Part shown: positions 52,369 to 61,396 of the stretch, piece by piece | How the letters are laid out: each line of letters begins with the position of its first letter | Position numbering within the stretch: the stretch's first letter is position 1 | Assembly (NCBI GenBank): GCA_002869265.1 | Contig: PKTH01000003.1 | Span: 8,190-72,189, forward strand | Length of the DNA: 64,000 bases | Source: Candidatus Parcubacteria bacterium | GTDB taxonomy: Bacteria; Patescibacteriota; Patescibacteriia; Patescibacteriales; BM507 | Direction: 5' to 3' | Position numbers and translations under genes: made by a program | Notes under the pieces: generated by a model | What the model was told of the DNA's origin: nothing | What the model saw: the letters and a program-made list of their open reading frames with translations, nothing else | Database searches by the model: none

Positions 52369-53453
52369 TGATTTATTCTATTAAAAATTTTCTTTACTTG
52401 CTCGTTCCATAAGAACTTTTCATAAACCCTCTTTTTCCCCTTTTCCCCCAAATCTTTGGCAAGACCTCTGTTATTATACAATTTCATTATTGCTTCTTTT
52501 ATTTCAAAGGGTTTATCATTCTCAAGCAATAAGCCACTTAGATTATTTTCGACAGCGTCCGAAACTCCTCCACTGTTCGTAGCGATCACTGGAGTCCCAG
52601 CTAGATTTGCTTCTATATAGACGATACCAAAACCTTCAAAATCTCCATCAATATTTCTTGAACAAGTTATAAAAACATCTGCTTCTTTCATATACTTCCA
52701 TTTTTCATTATCGCTAATGCGACCAAGAAATTCAATTCTAGAATCATTTGTTAATGATTTGAAATACTCTTCGTCTGGCCCAGTGCCAGCAATTTGATAT
52801 TTCAAGTCTGGAAACTTTTTTTGATCAATTAGGCCAAGAGCTTCTATAACCTTATCTACTCCTTTCCGCTTTACTAAACGACCTATAAAAAATAATTTAA
52901 AGTCATCGTGACCCTTTTCTTTATCAATCGCATCATTGATTTGTTCAATATCCGTTGATACACCAGGGTTAACTACTAATATTTTATCACTCTGTGAAGG
53001 CAGGTCTGCTATCAAGAGAGCTTGAAGATATGAATTGCCTAAGAAAATATGTTTAGCTTTTTTAATTATATTATATGCTAAAATTCTCTTTCTTTTTTTT
53101 CTTTTTGCAAATTCGTAGTCCATCCCATGCATAACAATACTATATTCAAAGCCCATTAAGTAAGAAAGAAAAAAAACGACTGTGCCTATTGGTAGAACCT
53201 GGCCAATGACTACATGTTCAATTTTGTTTTTTCTGATAGTTTGAAAAACATGAAAAAATGAAATTAACCATGAAAATATTGGGATTATCAATTTTTTTCT
53301 TACCACCCTACTCTCGTCTTCTCTTTCTACTTTTGTGCTTCCAGCTAAAACAAAAAAGTTATTATCAGGCCAGTGCTTGTAAAGATTGAAATAATATTCT
53401 GCCACTCCACCATTAAATGGCGGGTATTCAAGTGTTACCAATAAAGTCCTCAT
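52365..53453 (-). CDS. Glycosyltransferase family 4 (GT-B)
   Basis: EGFGIVYIEANLAGTPVIATNSGG. Confidence 0.85.
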   Translation of the reverse strand: MRTLLVTLEYPPFNGGVAEYYFNLYKHWPDNNFFVLAGSTKVEREDESRVVRKKLIIPIFSWLISFFHVFQTIRKNKIEHVVIGQVLPIGTVVFFLSYLMGFEYSIVMHGMDYEFAKRKKRKRILAYNIIKKAKHIFLGNSYLQALLIADLPSQSDKILVVNPGVSTDIEQINDAIDKEKGHDDFKLFFIGRLVKRKGVDKVIEALGLIDQKKFPDLKYQIAGTGPDEEYFKSLTNDSRIEFLGRISDNEKWKYMKEADVFITCSRNIDGDFEGFGIVYIEANLAGTPVIATNSGGVSDAVENNLSGLLLENDKPFEIKEAIMKLYNNRGLAKDLGEKGKKRVYEKFLWNEQVKKIFNRINQ

Positions 53454-54892
53454 GTTTTTTTAAATACTGAATTATAAATACTCTCAATATCATCTCTCTT
53501 AAATCCTTTTAAAATATACAAAGCAACAAAATATACAAGAGCTGACAGAAAAACAACCAAAAATATATTTAAAGTATTTTTCAGTAAAAAAACAATCGCG
53601 CTCATAATAAGTGAAGATAGGACAACTTTGAAACTGATGCTAAATAAATTTGAAAACTTAATATCAATAATTCTTGGAATCTGAAACATCCCCAAGAGAA
53701 ACATAATAACATTAGTAACCAAAACGCTTATACTAGCCCCTAAAGCTTGAAATTTTGGTATTAACAATAAGTTAAGAGCCACGCTAAAAAAAAGAGCTAT
53801 TCCCATATTCATAGTATTGAGCTTTTGTCTGTCACAAGCATTCAAAAGAGAACCAATCGGAAAATTTAGAAAAATAAAAGGGAGAGAAAACATTATAATT
53901 ATTAGAGGTAAATTTGCATCATTATAACTAGAGGTAAAGACGAGAATAATTTGTCTCGACAAAAATGCAACCCCAAAACTAATAGGGACTGAGATGATCA
54001 GCAAATAAGAAAAAGCTCTTTGAAAAGTTATTAAAAGCTGACTCTTATTTTCCTTCCAATAGGCACTCATGGCAGGATAGAGAGAGGCAGTAAAAGCCAT
54101 TGGTAAAAACTGAAGTGAAAAAATTATCTTAAAAGCTACTTGATAAAGGCCAACATAGTAATCGCCGGCAAGGACCTTTAATAGAACTGAATCCAAGTAA
54201 AGATATAGCCTTTGGAATATTGCAAAAAGCCCAAAGGGAAAACTGATCAGAAGAATATGCTTGATGACCTTGGGCTGTATTTTTTTAAAAAACGAAATTT
54301 TCCACTTAAATTTCAAAAGTGATGAAGAATAAAGAAAGTTAAAAGCGCTAGCTAACAAGAGTGCGCTCATCACATAAATAATACTGAATCCAAAAAAAAG
54401 AGAATAGAAACCCAAACTAAGAACAATCAACTGAAAAATTATTGAAGAAACACTTTCAAACGCCAGGTTATGATGCCCCCTGCTAACGGCATAAAAAGTA
54501 TACGTAAAAGAATCAAGTGTGACAGCTAAGGTGGACATCATAATTAAATACACCAAAACACCATGATATCCCAAAAAGAAAACAAATGCAGATATCATAG
54601 ACCATGACAAGATCATTAGAGGGATTTTGATTGCCAATATATTTGAAAGTAGTTCGGAAGAAGTCTCTTGATTCTTAGCAACTTCTCTCGTGAGAACGTT
54701 TGCTATACCTATGTCAATAACAATCCCAAATATGCTAGCAAAGGATATTGCAAAAAAATACTGACCTAAGTTTTCAGGCCCTAAATATCTTGCCAAAAGA
54801 GTGAAATATGTAAAAGAAATCACCTTCTGAAAAATAAGTGCAAAGGTGAAATATGAGGTATTTTTAGCTATATTTTGTACTTTTCCCGACAT
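53450..54892 (-). CDS. Wzx-type polysaccharide flippase (MOP superfamily)
   Basis: 480 aa, about 12 to 14 TM helices, typical N-terminal KNTSYFTFA..ARYLGPE. Confidence 0.8.
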   Translation of the reverse strand: MSGKVQNIAKNTSYFTFALIFQKVISFTYFTLLARYLGPENLGQYFFAISFASIFGIVIDIGIANVLTREVAKNQETSSELLSNILAIKIPLMILSWSMISAFVFFLGYHGVLVYLIMMSTLAVTLDSFTYTFYAVSRGHHNLAFESVSSIIFQLIVLSLGFYSLFFGFSIIYVMSALLLASAFNFLYSSSLLKFKWKISFFKKIQPKVIKHILLISFPFGLFAIFQRLYLYLDSVLLKVLAGDYYVGLYQVAFKIIFSLQFLPMAFTASLYPAMSAYWKENKSQLLITFQRAFSYLLIISVPISFGVAFLSRQIILVFTSSYNDANLPLIIIMFSLPFIFLNFPIGSLLNACDRQKLNTMNMGIALFFSVALNLLLIPKFQALGASISVLVTNVIMFLLGMFQIPRIIDIKFSNLFSISFKVVLSSLIMSAIVFLLKNTLNIFLVVFLSALVYFVALYILKGFKRDDIESIYNSVFKKT

Positions 54893-55044
54893 TTATTTAT
54901 TTGAGCTATTACTTATAATACTATCTTATTATAATACATTTTATTCTAACTTTAAAGTAAAATATTTATAATTTATGAAAAATCATACAACAAAAAACCA
55001 CAGAACAAACTGTAGCTTTTTGAAGTATAATAAAGGGGTGCGAA

Positions 55045-55524
55045 TTAACGTTTTGACCATTGCGGAGCTTTTCTCGCCTTCTTGAGTCCCGGTTTCTTTC
55101 TTTCTTTTGATCTAGAGTCTCTTGTTGTCCAGCCCTTAGCTTTTAATGATGGTTTTAGCTCTTCGTTGATAAGAAGTAGAGCTCTTGAAACACCATGTCT
55201 TGTGGCTTCTGCTTGGGCTTTTTTGCCTCCACCACTCACTACAACTGACAGATCAGCGCTTTCAATAAGACCAGCCAAGTCTAGAGCTTGAGTTGCAATT
55301 TCAGAATAATTATCAGTAAAATAATCTTGAAAAGACATTCCGTTTACCACAAAAACACCTTTTCCACTTTTATATATTCTAACTTGAGCAACTGAGGTTT
55401 TTCTTCTTCCAACAGCATAAGTATATTTACCTTTAAATTTGGCGTCTTTTACGTCTGCTTTTGGTGTCTTAGGAGCTTTTTCTTCAGTCACTTCCTTTTT
55501 ATTTGTGGTTTCTTTTTTGTCCAT
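55045..55524 (-). CDS. rpsI: 30S ribosomal protein S9 with a ~30-aa lysine-rich N-terminal extension
   Basis: GRRKTSVAQV..; C-terminal RKKPGLKKARKAPQWSKR. Confidence 0.93.
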   Translation of the reverse strand: MDKKETTNKKEVTEEKAPKTPKADVKDAKFKGKYTYAVGRRKTSVAQVRIYKSGKGVFVVNGMSFQDYFTDNYSEIATQALDLAGLIESADLSVVVSGGGKKAQAEATRHGVSRALLLINEELKPSLKAKGWTTRDSRSKERKKPGLKKARKAPQWSKR

Positions 55525-55542
55525 ATATTATAAAATATTAAA

Positions 55543-55902
55543 TTATCTAATAATTAATCTTTTCAACATGTCAGTTCTAAACTTTACAGGAGGAAGCATT
55601 TCTCTCACTGCTCTTTTTAATACTTCAGCCGGATTTGATTTATTTAGATCTTTAAGATTAGTTTCTTTTAGTCCACCTGGATATCCTGAATATCTAAAAT
55701 ATTTTTTTTGTTCGAGTTTTTTACCTGAAAAAGTTAACTCTTTAATTCCAGTAACTTCAACAATATCGCCACAATCATTATGGGGTTGAAACTCTGGTTT
55801 ATTCTTTCCACGCAAAATCAATGCGATTTCAGTAGCAACTCTACCAACTGCTTTCCCAGCAACATCGATTTTATGTAATTTTCTTTCTACTTTAGTAGCC
55901 AT
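55543..55902 (-). CDS. rplM: 50S ribosomal protein L13 (short, 119 aa)
   Basis: GRVATEIALILRGKNKPEF.P..D.GD.V.V. Confidence 0.9.
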   Translation of the reverse strand: MATKVERKLHKIDVAGKAVGRVATEIALILRGKNKPEFQPHNDCGDIVEVTGIKELTFSGKKLEQKKYFRYSGYPGGLKETNLKDLNKSNPAEVLKRAVREMLPPVKFRTDMLKRLIIR

Positions 55903-55909
55903 ATTATTC

Positions 55910-56260
55910 TTAAATTAATTCAATTTGAGCAACTTGTGCACCGTCTCCTTGTCTAACGCCAAGTTTTACAATTCTAGTATAGCCTCCTGGTCTTTCCTTA
56001 TATCTTTTACCAAGAACCTCCATAGCTTTTTTAACAGCCATTTTTTGAGGCAAGGTATCAATAAGCTTTCTCCTAGAAACCAAGTCCCCACCTTTTGAAG
56101 CTGTAATTAGCTTTTCAACCATAGGTCTTACTGCTTTTGCTTTAGCTTCTGTAGTTTTTACTTTTTCGTAAATCAAAATACTAGAAGCTAGATTTCTAAG
56201 CATCATTTCTCTCGGAGCCTTCTTTCTATCTAAAATTTTTCCTTTTTTTCTATGTCTCAT
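55910..56260 (-). CDS. rplQ: 50S ribosomal protein L17
   Basis: MRHRKKG.KL.R....R..MLRNLA; follows rpoA. Confidence 0.92.
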   Translation of the reverse strand: MRHRKKGKILDRKKAPREMMLRNLASSILIYEKVKTTEAKAKAVRPMVEKLITASKGGDLVSRRKLIDTLPQKMAVKKAMEVLGKRYKERPGGYTRIVKLGVRQGDGAQVAQIELI

Positions 56261-56281
56261 ATTTTTTTATAATAAAATTCT

Positions 56282-57115
56282 TTATTCAGATTTTTTTGGT
56301 CTGCCTCTCTTCTTTGTAGTTTTTTCCTCTTCCTCCTCTTCCTTCTTCTCTACTTCTTCCTCCTCTTCCTTCTTCTCTACTTCTTCCTCCTCTTCCTTCT
56401 CTTCTGCTTCTTCCTTCTTTTCATCTTTTTTTTCTTCAGAAAGGGCTGAAAATTGATCAATCAATATTTGGTTTGCTTTCTTAAAAGCATCAGCAGGACT
56501 AATAGTGCAGTCCGTTTCAATATTTAAAACTAATTTATCCCAGTTAGTCATTTTACCAACACGAACGTTTTCAATATCATATCCGATATTCAAAACAGGA
56601 GAATAGATTGAATCAATTTCCAGGTAACCAAGTTCGTTTGTTTTTCCTTCTCTTGCTTCAATAGTTTCATAACCAATACCCTTTTTAACAAAAATCTCCA
56701 TGTTTAAGTTTCCTGACATATCTGTCAGATTTGCAATTACCAAATCTTTATTTACAATTTCAACGCTTGAATCATTTTTAATATCAGAAGCTTTTACTGC
56801 TTTCTTGCCAACAGCTTTCAACTCTAATTTAACTACTTCGTCAGTGTGAACTTTAATTCTTAAAAGTTTTAAGTTCATTAAGATTTCCAGAATATCTTCC
56901 TTAACATGTGACAATGACATAAACTCATGGTCAACACCTTCAATCTTAACACCAACAACAGCTGCACCCTCTAGTGAAGATAAAAGAACTCTTCTAAGAG
57001 AATTACCAATTGTAGCACCATAGCCAGGAAAACAAGGCTCAATAATAACCTGTCCAACGTTTTCTTTATCGCCATCTTTAAATGTGATTTTATTTGGTAG
57101 GGCAATGTTTTGCAT
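56282..57115 (-). CDS. rpoA: RNA polymerase alpha subunit: NTD only, with an acidic repeat tail and terminal AT-hook; no alphaCTD
   Basis: GNSLRRVLLSS, alpha-NTD insert domain. After about residue 228 only EEEEEVEKK repeats and KKRGRPKKSE. rplQ starts 21 nt downstream. Confidence 0.9.
   Translation of the reverse strand: MQNIALPNKITFKDGDKENVGQVIIEPCFPGYGATIGNSLRRVLLSSLEGAAVVGVKIEGVDHEFMSLSHVKEDILEILMNLKLLRIKVHTDEVVKLELKAVGKKAVKASDIKNDSSVEIVNKDLVIANLTDMSGNLNMEIFVKKGIGYETIEAREGKTNELGYLEIDSIYSPVLNIGYDIENVRVGKMTNWDKLVLNIETDCTISPADAFKKANQILIDQFSALSEEKKDEKKEEAEEKEEEEEVEKKEEEEEVEKKEEEEEEKTTKKRGRPKKSE
56327..56407. repeat. 3 x 27-bp tandem repeat inside the rpoA 3' end
   Basis: Units at 56327-53, 56354-80 and 56381-407. 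Units 1 and 2 are 26/27 identical; unit 3 shares its first 20 nt. Encodes EEEEEVEKK. Confidence 0.85.
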
Positions 57116-57150
57116 AATTTTTAAATAAATTTGTAATTATATTGAAACAA

Positions 57151-57783
57151 TTATTTAGAGTAAAACTCAACAATCATTTGCGCGTTAATCTTAGTATTAA
57201 TGTCTTCCTTTGAAGGCTCGTGTAGAATCTTCGCTTCCATAGCCTTTAAATCAAAGTTCAACCATCCTGGAATTTCTCTGCCTTTTACTTTTTCTGAAAT
57301 GTCTCTGAAATATTTGTTTGAAGAACTTGATTTTCTTATCTTGATCACTTCACCAGTTTTTAGAGAATATGAAGGAATATTTACCTTTTTCCCATCAACA
57401 GTGATATGTGCATGACTAACAATTTGTCTTGCCTGATTTCTTGATGAAGCAAGACCAAGTCTATAAATCACATTATCTAATCTAAGTTCTAACAATTTAA
57501 ATAGGTTATCACCTGCATTTCCTTGTGTTTTCTGAGCTCTATCAAAAGTAAGCTTAAACTGCTTTTCTAGTAACATGTATGTTCTTTTTGCTTTTTGCTT
57601 TTCAATAAGCTGAGTAGCGTATTCTGTAAGTCTTTTTCTTCCCTGTGATGAACCATGGAATCCTGGAGGATAATTTCTTTTTACAATAGCGCATTTTGCA
57701 GTATTACATCTCTCTCCTTTTAGAAAAAGCTTTTCCCCTGCTCTTCGACATTGTTTACATTTTGCGTCTAAATTTTTAGCCAT
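57151..57783 (-). CDS. rpsD: 30S ribosomal protein S4
   Basis: CKQCRRAGEKLFLKGERC; S4 domain LDNVIYRLGLA.SR.QARQ. Confidence 0.93.
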   Translation of the reverse strand: MAKNLDAKCKQCRRAGEKLFLKGERCNTAKCAIVKRNYPPGFHGSSQGRKRLTEYATQLIEKQKAKRTYMLLEKQFKLTFDRAQKTQGNAGDNLFKLLELRLDNVIYRLGLASSRNQARQIVSHAHITVDGKKVNIPSYSLKTGEVIKIRKSSSSNKYFRDISEKVKGREIPGWLNFDLKAMEAKILHEPSKEDINTKINAQMIVEFYSK

Positions 57784-57806
57784 AATATTTTAAATTATCT
57801 TGTTTA

Positions 57807-58379
57807 TTATACTCTTCTAGGTCTTCTTGCCCTACAACCATTATGAGGTACCGGAGTAACATCCTTAATTGAAGTAACATTTAAACCATTAGAATTAAGT
57901 GCCCTTACTGCTGATTCTCTGCCAGTTCCAACTCCTTTAACAAAAACACTTACTTCCTCTAAACCACATTCCCTTGCTTTTCCTACAGCGATTCTAGTGA
58001 TGATTTGAGCTGCGTATGGTGTTGATTTTTTTGGACCTTTAAAGCCTGCCACACCAGCAGATCCCCAAGAAATAACATTTCCGTTTAGATCAGTTAGCGT
58101 AACAATCGTGTTATTATAAGTAGCTTTCACAAAAGCCTTCCCAACTGTAACTTTTTTTGCAACCTTTTTCTTTTTCTTTTTTACTTTTGCTTTTTTAGCA
58201 TTTTCTGCTTTTTTCTTTTCAAGCTTTAATCTAATGTCCTCAGGTAGTTCTTCCAAACCTTTGATTCCATTTTCTTCAACTTTTTCTTGTTTTGTAACAG
58301 CCTCATCGTCAGTAGTAAGATCTAAATCTTTTTTTTCTACCTCGTCTTGAGATTCTGCTGTTTTTTTCTCATCACTCAT
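57807..58379 (-). CDS. rpsK: 30S ribosomal protein S11 with a ~70-aa acidic/lysine-rich N-terminal extension
   Basis: Core [28 protein letters not shown]-terminus [31 protein letters not shown]. Confidence 0.92.
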   Translation of the reverse strand: MSDEKKTAESQDEVEKKDLDLTTDDEAVTKQEKVEENGIKGLEELPEDIRLKLEKKKAENAKKAKVKKKKKKVAKKVTVGKAFVKATYNNTIVTLTDLNGNVISWGSAGVAGFKGPKKSTPYAAQIITRIAVGKARECGLEEVSVFVKGVGTGRESAVRALNSNGLNVTSIKDVTPVPHNGCRARRPRRV

Positions 58380-58406
58380 ATTGTGTATTAAAAATATATT
58401 TATTTA

Positions 58407-58799
58407 TTAAGTGGTTTGCGCTGTTGGCTTTTTATTTCCTCCAACAGTAACTCTTTTTCCTCCTCTAACTGTTCTTGAATTTGTTTTTGTTCTCTGTCCT
58501 CTAACTGTAAGGTTTTTTGTATGTCTTAAACCTCTGTATGAATTAATTTCTTTCAGTCTTTTTACGTTACTAGCAACATCTCTCCTTAAATCACCTTCTA
58601 CTTTATGTGTTTTTTCAATTTCTGTTCTTAACTTATTCCCATCATCTTCACTAATATCTTTAACCCTTGTGTCAGGGTTAATATTTAGTTTTTCTAGAAT
58701 TTTTTGTGATCTGAAAAGTCCAATGCCATAGATATATGTCAATGCTACTTCTAGTCTTTTGTGATTTGGAATTGTAACTCCTGCAATTCTTAGTGCCAT
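58407..58799 (-). CDS. rpsM: 30S ribosomal protein S13
   Basis: [24 protein letters not shown]. Confidence 0.93.
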   Translation of the reverse strand: MALRIAGVTIPNHKRLEVALTYIYGIGLFRSQKILEKLNINPDTRVKDISEDDGNKLRTEIEKTHKVEGDLRRDVASNVKRLKEINSYRGLRHTKNLTVRGQRTKTNSRTVRGGKRVTVGGNKKPTAQTT

Positions 58800-58833
58800 A
58801 TTTTTAAAATATACTTAATATACTTGTTAATAA

Positions 58834-58947
58834 TTATCCTTGTCTTTGTTTATGTTTAGGATTTGGGCAAATAACCCAAACACGACCATTTCTTCTAATA
58901 GTTTTACAATCTTTACAGATTTTTTTTGCTGATGCTCTAACTTTCAT
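58834..58947 (-). CDS. rpmJ: 50S ribosomal protein L36 (not in the ORF track)
   Basis: Hand translation [37 protein letters not shown], between infA and rpsM. Confidence 0.88.
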   Translation of the reverse strand: MKVRASAKKICKDCKTIRRNGRVWVICPNPKHKQRQG

Positions 58948-59025
58948 ATTTAAAATTTATAATTATTTTTGACAAAAATTCAGCCTTGAATACCTCAAGA
59001 CTAATATTACTAAATCCTTAATGAA

Positions 59026-59268
59026 TTACAGTCTAAAGGTAATTCTCCCCTTGCTTAAATCATAAGGACTGATTTGAACCTTAACCTTATCTCCTGGCAG
59101 AAGTCTGATTTTATGCATTCTCATTTTCCCAGAAAGATGTGCTAATATCTCGTGTTCGTTTTCAAGGATAACCTTAAAGGTCCCAGCAGGCATTAGTTCT
59201 AAAATCTCTCCTTTGATCTCGATAAAATCTTTAGAACTGGCTGTGTTTTGATTTGTGTCTTTTCCCAT
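59026..59268 (-). CDS. infA: Translation initiation factor IF-1
   Basis: S1-like fold: G.I.E..P...F.V.LEN.H.ILAH.SGKMR...IR.L.GD.V.V..SPYDL.KGRI. Confidence 0.9.
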   Translation of the reverse strand: MGKDTNQNTASSKDFIEIKGEILELMPAGTFKVILENEHEILAHLSGKMRMHKIRLLPGDKVKVQISPYDLSKGRITFRL

Positions 59269-59290
59269 TAAATGAAATTCTCTTTAATTT

Positions 59291-59318
59291 AAAAAAGTTT
59301 ACCAATTACCTTGGTAAA
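59291..59318 (-). terminator. Terminator-like hairpin inside the infA leader
   Basis: Minus strand reads TTTACCA-AGGTAAT-TGGTAAA followed by CTTTTTT, 23 nt before the infA ATG and downstream of the promoter at 59352-80. Confidence 0.4.
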
Positions 59319-59351
59319 TTTAAATTAGTCGAAATTTTTATTTCTTTGATA

Positions 59352-59380
59352 ATTATATAGCTATTTATATTTCTTGTCAA
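59352..59380 (-). promoter_or_regulatory. Consensus promoter of the infA-rpmJ-rpsM... operon
   Basis: Minus strand reads TTGACA, 17-nt spacer, TATAAT. Confidence 0.6.
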
Positions 59381-59411
59381 GCTTTCCCTGGTAAGCAATG
59401 ATACGACCAAA

Positions 59412-59441
59412 TAAAAAAGCTATTTCAAAAATAAAATAGCT
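59412..59441 (-). terminator. Terminator after alaS
   Basis: AGCTATTT / AAATAGCT 8-bp stem, with a T-run on the minus strand. Confidence 0.7.
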
Positions 59442-59456
59442 AATTTTAGCAATATA

Positions 59457-61334
59457 TTATTCTAAAGTTGCTTTTATTCTTCTTACTCCAGCTGAAGAGC
59501 TTTCTTCTTTTTTTATCTTAAATTCACCTAAATCTCCAATATTATCAACATGAGGGCCTCCGCAGATTTCCTGGGAAAACCTATCAGCTCCCTGGCCAAT
59601 AGAATACACCTTTACAACATCTGAATATTTTGAATCAAACACACCTGTAGCCCCATTGTCTTTCGCCACTTGAAGAGGAAGTTCTTGAAATGAAACAGTA
59701 AGTGCTTTCTTGATTTGAGCATTAACCATATCTTCGATTTCCTGTTTTTGCCCTGGACTCAGTTTTTCAGGGTGTGAAAAGTCAAAACGGAGTCTCTCTG
59801 CTGTTATGTTACTCCCTTTTTGAGTGACATGACTACCAAGGACCCTCCTCATGGCCTCCAATAAAAGATGGGCGGCTGTATGAAGCTTCTTAGTTTCCTC
59901 TGATGAATCAGCTAAACCACCTTTAAATTTCCCAGCACTCGCTGTTCTTGAAAGATCTTGATGATTTTTCAGCTCCTCTTTAAATGATTCAAGATCAACA
60001 GATAGATTGTTCTCCTCTGCCATTTCCAATGTCATCTCTATGGGAAAGCCATAGGTAGCGAATAATTTAAAAGCAAAATCTCCGGAAATTACTTTAGAGC
60101 TAGAGTTCTTTTCTCTCCATTTATTATACTCTTTTAGGCCATTAGCCAGAGTTGCCCTGAACTTTTCTTCTTCATTTTTTATTTCTGCTAAAATTAGAAT
60201 TTCCTTAGTTAGTAAATCAGGATAATAACTAGAATACTCTTCAATAACCATTTTTGCTACATCTGCTGTAAAGTTATAATTTACATTTAGATCATATGCA
60301 TATCTAACAGCTCTTCTAATAAGTCTTCTAGTGAAATATCCTTGGTCCTTATTTGAAGGTATCGCTCCATCAGATATCAAAAATGTTGCCCCTCTTAGAT
60401 GGTCCATTATAACCCTAAAAGCCCGTGTTTCTTCTTCATTCTCCCCATATTTTTTACCTGTTACGTTCTCAATTTTTATTCTAAGAGTTTGAAATATGTC
60501 GGAAAGGAAAATATCAGGAGTGTCGTTTACTGCAACCGCAAGCCTTTCTAGTCCTCCCCCGAAATCAATATTCTTATTATCAAGAGGTTCAAAGCCTTCC
60601 TCTGTTTTCTTAAATTGCATAAAAACATTATTGCCAATTTCAAGGAATCTTCCACAATCGCATGCCGGGTGACATGGTTTGTCCTTCCATTTTGATTTTT
60701 CATGAAGTCCTAGGTTTTCTCCAAAATCCCAAAACATTTCTGAGTCAGGACCACCAGGTTCTCCAACAGGCATGTTCTCTGGAACTCCAACTCTACTCCA
60801 CCAGTTTTCTTTTTCCGGATAGTAAAAAATTCTCCCGCCTTGCATGCCTTCAATCTCTGCAAAATCAATATCATCTGCTTGTATCCCGACACTAGAAAAT
60901 TTCTTTTTCCAAAGATTTACAGATTCACTGTCTTTTTCGAGCTTATAGTCTTTATTTCCGCGATAAACAGAAACATAAAGTCTTTCAGGGTCTAAACCAA
61001 GGTCTTTAGTCAGGAATTCAAACATCCAATCTATCTGTTCTTCTTTAAAATAGTCACCTAAGCTCCAATTACCTAGCATTTCGAAAAAAGTAGTATGCCT
61101 ATTATCACCAACATCATCAATATCTCCTGCTCTGAAACATTTTTGTGAATCAGCCAACCTCACTCCTTCGGGATGTTTCTCTCCCAATAAATACGGAACC
61201 ATGGGTTGCATCCCCGAACCCGTAAAGAGAGTTGATGGATCGTTTTCCGGAAGTAAAGAAGCACTAGGGATAATCACGTGCCCTCGTTCTTTAAAAAAGT
61301 CTAAATATTTTTGTCTTAACTCACTAGCTTTCAT
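59457..61334 (-). CDS. alaS: Alanyl-tRNA synthetase, short form (625 aa; ends after the editing domain, no C-Ala domain)
   Basis: N-terminus RQKYLDFFKERGH..PS.SL; editing-domain HTAAHLL and CGGPHV. ORF ends at ..AGVRRIKATLE. Confidence 0.9.
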   Translation of the reverse strand: MKASELRQKYLDFFKERGHVIIPSASLLPENDPSTLFTGSGMQPMVPYLLGEKHPEGVRLADSQKCFRAGDIDDVGDNRHTTFFEMLGNWSLGDYFKEEQIDWMFEFLTKDLGLDPERLYVSVYRGNKDYKLEKDSESVNLWKKKFSSVGIQADDIDFAEIEGMQGGRIFYYPEKENWWSRVGVPENMPVGEPGGPDSEMFWDFGENLGLHEKSKWKDKPCHPACDCGRFLEIGNNVFMQFKKTEEGFEPLDNKNIDFGGGLERLAVAVNDTPDIFLSDIFQTLRIKIENVTGKKYGENEEETRAFRVIMDHLRGATFLISDGAIPSNKDQGYFTRRLIRRAVRYAYDLNVNYNFTADVAKMVIEEYSSYYPDLLTKEILILAEIKNEEEKFRATLANGLKEYNKWREKNSSSKVISGDFAFKLFATYGFPIEMTLEMAEENNLSVDLESFKEELKNHQDLSRTASAGKFKGGLADSSEETKKLHTAAHLLLEAMRRVLGSHVTQKGSNITAERLRFDFSHPEKLSPGQKQEIEDMVNAQIKKALTVSFQELPLQVAKDNGATGVFDSKYSDVVKVYSIGQGADRFSQEICGGPHVDNIGDLGEFKIKKEESSSAGVRRIKATLE

Positions 61335-61396
61335 ATATTAATTTTATTTTAACTATTTACTAAAATACTATAAGTTCTTTATTTTATCAAGAAATG

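Noticed and set aside
56327-56407. Short direct repeats that might suggest a CRISPR array or minisatellite.
   Set aside because: Only three contiguous 27-bp units without spacers, in frame within rpoA. This is a coding low-complexity repeat.
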